This document shows positions 15,967 to 20,000 of a DNA stretch of 20,000 bases, one piece after another. A program made the translations under genes and the position numbers. Source of the DNA: an uncultured virus (IMG/VR IMGVR_UViG_3300030514_000006) (taxonomy: Duplodnaviria > Heunggongvirae > Uroviricota > Caudoviricetes > Herelleviridae); IMG/VR virus record IMGVR_UViG_3300030514_000006; one strand, written 5' to 3'. Position 1 is the stretch's first letter; every line of letters starts with the position of its first letter. Below the pieces are notes generated by a model. It ran no database searches. It saw only the letters and a program-made list of their open reading frames with translations, and was not told the origin of the DNA.

Positions 15967-18321
15967 ATGGCAGAAATGCAAATTGTGAATCGAGGAAACA
16001 CTATCGAGTTTTATGACCCGAAGAAAGTAGAGGCTTACCTAAACCGTTACGTACCGGAGGGAACAAACGTAAATAGTTTAGTGGGGGCAGTTTCAGAGTT
16101 TGTTCAAATTGAGGACAAGGTGACAAGCTTAAAAATCCAACAAGAGCTTTACTCACTCGTAGAGGGTCTTATCTCTGTACATGAGTCATTCTGGCAAGAT
16201 GTAGCAGGTTGTATCAAATCAGATATTCTTCGTAAAGAAGTATTCAACAACCGCGGGTTTACTAAAGGATTAAAGAAAGTATTTGAACTAGGGGAAGCTA
16301 GTTTCCAGTATACAGACTTCTATAAAACATATACAGACGAAGAAATGGAAGAGCTGCAAGATTACATCGAGAATACTCGTGATTACTATGTAAACCATGC
16401 AGGTGTACATATTGCATATGATCGTTACACTACTGTACAGATTCTAAAAGAAGAAGTAAACGGTAAGACGATTACAACAGGAACTAAGAAGATTGAAACT
16501 CTTCAAGAGCGCTACATGGCTATTTCTATGTTCCTACACATGAATGAACCTAAAGAGAAACGTATCCAGTATGTAAAAGAAGGATACGATGCAATGTCCG
16601 GTGTAGAGATTGCAGTAAGTATGACCCCTGCAACACCAACGTTTATGAATGCAGGCAGACCAAGTGGTAACCTATCAAGTTGTTTCGTAGGTATGGTAGG
16701 AGACTCTATCGATGATATCTACCGTGAAGCTGAACAGTTTGCTAAGGTGTCTAAGAATGCTGGTGGTTACGGTTTATACTTCGGTAAAGTTCGTTCGTTA
16801 GGTTCGAGTATCCGTGAGAAGCCGGGACTATCCTCTGGTTCAGTACCGTTTATGAAATTATTTGATGTAACAGCAGGAACTGTGGACCAACAGGGTAAGC
16901 GAGCTGGAGCTGTAACTATCACTCTAGATATCTGGCACCGTGATTTAAGTGACTTCTTAAAAGCTCCACTTAACAACACAGCACTAGAGAAACAAATGCA
17001 TAAAATCTTCTTAGCCGTTTCTATCCCGGATATCTTTTTCCGTAAGCTGCAAAATGAGGAAGACTGGTATCAATTTGACCCTAAAGAAGTATCGGACGTT
17101 ATGGGATGGTGCTTAGAGGACTGCTACGATGAAACAAAAGAAGGCGGAACATTCTCAGATCGTTATGAGCAATGTGTAGAGGCATACAAAGCAGGTTATC
17201 TACAATTAGTAAACATTATTGACCCTTGGGATATCATTGCAGAGATTAACACTACTCGTGTAGAAAAGGGACATCCTTTCTTATTCTTCCGTGATACAGT
17301 TAACCGTGATAACCCGAACCAAGGTATGATTTACTGCTCTAACTTATGTACAGAAATTACAATCACTATGTCTCTACCAGAAATCACTACAGAAGTAATC
17401 ACAGTGAATGGTGAGCAAGTAATCGCTGAGTATATGAAACCGGGAGATACACCAACGTGTAACTTATCTTCTATCAATATGGCTAAGATTGCTAAGATTC
17501 GTATGGCTGGTGGAGACTGGAAGAAACATATTGAAGAGACAGTTGAAGTACAGTATCGTATGCTATCAAATGTAATCTTCCAAAACTCTCATGATGAAAT
17601 GGAACAAACAAAATTAAGCTCGTTCCGTAAGCGTGAAGTAGGTTTAGGTGAGATGGGTAACGCTCATGCTCTAGCTATCTCTAAGATTGCTATTGATACG
17701 GACAAGGCAAACGACTGGTTAGATGAAGTAAACGAAGAGATTTCTTACTACCTTATCCGTGCTAGTATGAGAAAGGCTAAAGAGACAGGAGATATTGCTC
17801 CAGCATTTGCTACTTCTAAGTGGGCAGACGGTAGTTACATCCGTGAGAAGTTCATGATTCATAGTAATGAACCAGAGCGCTGGGAAGCTCTTGCTGAGGA
17901 CATTAAACGTTATGGTATGTTTTCTACTGTACTACGTGCAACAGCTCCTACAGAAACGATCTCGTACGTTGCTAATACAACAGCAGGTGCAGACCCTATC
18001 TTCGGTAAAGAGTATACACTAGAAAAAGCAGGGTTAAAGACGAACATGGTAGCACCTGACATTGATAGCACGAACTTCTTCTATTACAAAGATGCGTTCA
18101 TTATCAATAAAGAGAAATTCTTAGAAGGTGTAGGACGTAGACAGCGATGGATTGACCAAGCTTCTTCAACTAACTTGTATTACATCAAAGATGATTTAGA
18201 TGCATTAGATATTTTACAAGATTACATTATTGCTTGGAAGAGTGACGTAAAAACGCTTTACTACCACCGTGGACAAAGTCTACAAGCTTATGAGGCAGCC
18301 TGTGAAAGCTGTGCCGGCTAA
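15967..18321 (+). CDS. nrdA: Class I ribonucleotide reductase alpha subunit with an N-terminal ATP-cone-like segment
   Basis: Start at ATG 15967 (RBS GAGGAG 15951-15956). N-terminus IVNRGNTIEFYDPKKV, then PATPTFMNAG, LSSCF, SNLCTEI (radical Cys), TCNLSS, APT, KTLYY and C-terminal CESC. Confidence 0.95.
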   Translation: MAEMQIVNRGNTIEFYDPKKVEAYLNRYVPEGTNVNSLVGAVSEFVQIEDKVTSLKIQQELYSLVEGLISVHESFWQDVAGCIKSDILRKEVFNNRGFTKGLKKVFELGEASFQYTDFYKTYTDEEMEELQDYIENTRDYYVNHAGVHIAYDRYTTVQILKEEVNGKTITTGTKKIETLQERYMAISMFLHMNEPKEKRIQYVKEGYDAMSGVEIAVSMTPATPTFMNAGRPSGNLSSCFVGMVGDSIDDIYREAEQFAKVSKNAGGYGLYFGKVRSLGSSIREKPGLSSGSVPFMKLFDVTAGTVDQQGKRAGAVTITLDIWHRDLSDFLKAPLNNTALEKQMHKIFLAVSIPDIFFRKLQNEEDWYQFDPKEVSDVMGWCLEDCYDETKEGGTFSDRYEQCVEAYKAGYLQLVNIIDPWDIIAEINTTRVEKGHPFLFFRDTVNRDNPNQGMIYCSNLCTEITITMSLPEITTEVITVNGEQVIAEYMKPGDTPTCNLSSINMAKIAKIRMAGGDWKKHIEETVEVQYRMLSNVIFQNSHDEMEQTKLSSFRKREVGLGEMGNAHALAISKIAIDTDKANDWLDEVNEEISYYLIRASMRKAKETGDIAPAFATSKWADGSYIREKFMIHSNEPERWEALAEDIKRYGMFSTVLRATAPTETISYVANTTAGADPIFGKEYTLEKAGLKTNMVAPDIDSTNFFYYKDAFIINKEKFLEGVGRRQRWIDQASSTNLYYIKDDLDALDILQDYIIAWKSDVKTLYYHRGQSLQAYEAACESCAG

Positions 18322-18364
18322 AATATGGAAGTAAAGTAAATAACTGGTAACTAGGAGGAATAGC

Positions 18365-18754
18365 ATGGATATGGCAGAAGCAATAAGCTACATGTTTAAA
18401 GGTCATGTAGCGGCTGTAGACAGAGGTAGTTTCGACTACTACGTGCTAGACAGCGATCATGTGATTAAAGGGATGGCAAGCTGTGACCCAGAGCACTATG
18501 AAGTTACTAAGGCAGAGCTCCAGACTATAGCACAAGGTAACTGGTACTTAGTCGATTTCTCAACAGAGAAGAGTACAGTTCCTAATCGTATAGAGCTTCG
18601 TAAGAAAATCCAAGGACTTGCAGAAGAGATTATAGCTGAGATAGATCACGCTGAATGCTTCTATGAGTTAGACTTGATTGGTCAGTTCTGTGCTAAGCTA
18701 GACGAGCTTAAGGAACTATCAATCCAGCATTATAACCAAAATAAAAATTGCTAA
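18365..18754 (+). CDS. Hypothetical protein (129 aa) between nrdA and the mom-like gene
   Basis: RBS AGGAGG at 18353-18358; no recognised family. Confidence 0.8.
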   Translation: MDMAEAISYMFKGHVAAVDRGSFDYYVLDSDHVIKGMASCDPEHYEVTKAELQTIAQGNWYLVDFSTEKSTVPNRIELRKKIQGLAEEIIAEIDHAECFYELDLIGQFCAKLDELKELSIQHYNQNKNC

Positions 18755-18761
18755 ACTACCA

Positions 18762-18799
18762 AACAGGGACTTGATTTTATATCTTGTCCCTGTTATAAT
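18762..18799 (+). promoter_or_regulatory. Sigma-A-type promoter with a 9-bp inverted repeat around the -35 element
   Basis: TTGATT (18771-18776), 17-bp spacer, TG at 18791-18792, TATAAT (18794-18799). Inverted repeat AACAGGGAC (18762-18770) / GTCCCTGTT (18786-18794). Confidence 0.85.
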
Positions 18800-18840
18800 A
18801 GGTACTGTAACATACAGAGGTGTTAGAGGGGAGCAGTACA

Positions 18841-19704
18841 ATGGACAAGTGGGAGAGGAAGACAGGTTACAAGATGGCTAGTGACCGGGATGTAGGATAC
18901 AGGGGCACCAAGTTCGATAAGAAATGCTTTCAAAGGCAGCTTAGAGAACTAAAAGATGATGGTAGACCTAAGATGACACTTGAAGACCTACATAACAGCA
19001 CTGTGCTACCAATTGATTTTAAAACTGCTCAGGACTTTATACTAGAATATGAGTGGTTAGGGACAATGGGAACAACAAAGTTCTCTTATGGACTGTATAC
19101 GAAAGAAGGAGACCTATTTGCGGTTTACTGCTTCGGAGTTACAGCGGGGACAAAAGTATTTTCCCAGCCTTTTGGAGAAGAACATAAGCATGAAGGTATC
19201 GTACTAGTTAGAGGAGCCTGTGCTCCGTTTGCACATGAGCATGCTAGCAGCTATGGTATCGGTCAAGTCATGCCGTTAGTTAGAGAAAAAGGGTACAAGT
19301 TCGTTATTGCTTACTCTGATTTAGAGAGTGGGGAGATAGGGACTGTATATCAATCTACTAACTGGATGTACTTCGGAATGACTAGTGCGATTAACTACTT
19401 GGTTAGACCGGATGGAAAAAGGACAGACCCTAAACTTATTTACAAATATGCAAAGAAGAAGGGAATCACTCGTCAGGAGCAGTTAGCTCTGTTTATGGAC
19501 GAAGGGTATACCTTTGAAAAGGCTAACCCTAAACTAAAGTATATAAAGCTAATTGGCACCAGAAGAGAGAATAAAGAGCTCATGAGAAAGAAAAAGTTCT
19601 TTACCTACCCGTACTTAAAACGTAAAGAAGACATGAAAGAAGTATTAGAAGAAGGTAAGAAACAAATAAAAGAGTTAAACAAACAGTATAGAGGAGAGAA
19701 ATAA
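18841..19704 (+). CDS. mom: Mu Mom-like GNAT-fold DNA (adenine) modification protein
   Basis: Mom-family pattern: IDFKTAQDFILEYEWLG, YGLY...LFAVYCFG, LVRGAC, VIAYSD..SGEIGTVYQSTNWMYFG and C-terminal PKLKYIKLI. Start at ATG 18841 (RBS AGGGGAG 18827-18833). Confidence 0.78.
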   Translation: MDKWERKTGYKMASDRDVGYRGTKFDKKCFQRQLRELKDDGRPKMTLEDLHNSTVLPIDFKTAQDFILEYEWLGTMGTTKFSYGLYTKEGDLFAVYCFGVTAGTKVFSQPFGEEHKHEGIVLVRGACAPFAHEHASSYGIGQVMPLVREKGYKFVIAYSDLESGEIGTVYQSTNWMYFGMTSAINYLVRPDGKRTDPKLIYKYAKKKGITRQEQLALFMDEGYTFEKANPKLKYIKLIGTRRENKELMRKKKFFTYPYLKRKEDMKEVLEEGKKQIKELNKQYRGEK

Positions 19705-19705
19705 C

Positions 19706-20000
19706 ATGGATGTAAGAAACAGACGCACGATCAAACTACTTCAACCTAAGAAGGATTCGTTGTACCCTACTAGAATTTTAGATAACGATGGTGTTAATTC
19801 ACTGAATATTAACGATACTCGTTATCCTCAGTTCATCACGTACTACCACAACATGCTAGAGCGCTTCTGGAGACCGGAAGACGTTAAGATGAATAAAGAT
19901 AACCTAGATTACAAAATGGCTTCTAAGAAGGTACAGGACGCTTACAAGCTAGGTCTAGGAAACTTAACAGCTATCGATGTAGTACAGACTCGTATGGCTC
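19706..20000 (+). CDS. nrdB: Ribonucleotide reductase beta subunit, N-terminal part (runs off the window)
   Basis: Manual translation MDVRNRRTIKLLQPK...YPQFITYYHNMLERFWRPEDVKMNKD...LGNLTAIDVVQ shows the FWxPE motif and the first metal-ligand LTxxDxxQ motif; RBS GAGGAG upstream. Confidence 0.9.
   Translation, partial: MDVRNRRTIKLLQPKKDSLYPTRILDNDGVNSLNINDTRYPQFITYYHNMLERFWRPEDVKMNKDNLDYKMASKKVQDAYKLGLGNLTAIDVVQTRMA

Noticed and set aside
614..16979. Short minus-strand ORFs and the nested + ORF 3589..3810 in the ORF track
   Set aside because: Nearly all are shadows of well-supported + strand genes; 1089..1301 and 1118..1318 overlap the helicase promoter and start. None has a recognisable motif.
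15967..18321. Intein or group I intron in nrdA (also checked for both helicases)
   Set aside because: Frames are uninterrupted, lengths are normal, and no intein C...HN splice motifs or LAGLIDADG blocks were seen.
972..18817. CTGTA/TACAG motifs as LexA (SOS) boxes
   Set aside because: The CTGT-N8-ACAG spacing is not met at these sites, and Firmicutes LexA uses a different box (GAAC-N4-GTTC).
18820..18840. GTG start of the mom-like ORF
   Set aside because: The RBS lies downstream of it (18827-18833) and fits ATG 18841.

Overview
The window is a co-directional (+ strand), AT-rich block from the DNA-replication and nucleotide-metabolism module of a large lytic Firmicutes myovirus. The gene order matches Herelleviridae (SPO1/Twort/K/Bastille-like); a Bacillus-type host is inferred. 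The order is: 3' end of a tail/receptor-binding protein, terminator, a ~250-bp AT-rich dyad (candidate replication origin), SF2 helicase, free-standing HNH endonuclease, wHTH 'Rep' protein, DnaB-like helicase, SbcD/SbcC nuclease pair, phage G1 gp67-like anti-sigma factor, double zinc-finger ORF, primase, dUTPase, Holliday junction resolvase, ribonucleotide reductase alpha, a small ORF, a Mu Mom-like GNAT-fold protein and the start of ribonucleotide reductase beta. The most notable observations are (1) a Mom-like DNA-modification gene between nrdA and nrdB with its own palindromic promoter and a leader hairpin around the RBS, (2) the large dyad with repeated boxes upstream of the helicase, (3) tandem NrdR-like boxes upstream of nrdA, (4) a CTGTA/TACAG motif at all seven predicted promoters, and (5) a dUTPase with a ~60-aa insertion and an Asp-to-Glu change at the catalytic position. 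All family assignments come from motif recognition and recalled synteny; no database search was run.
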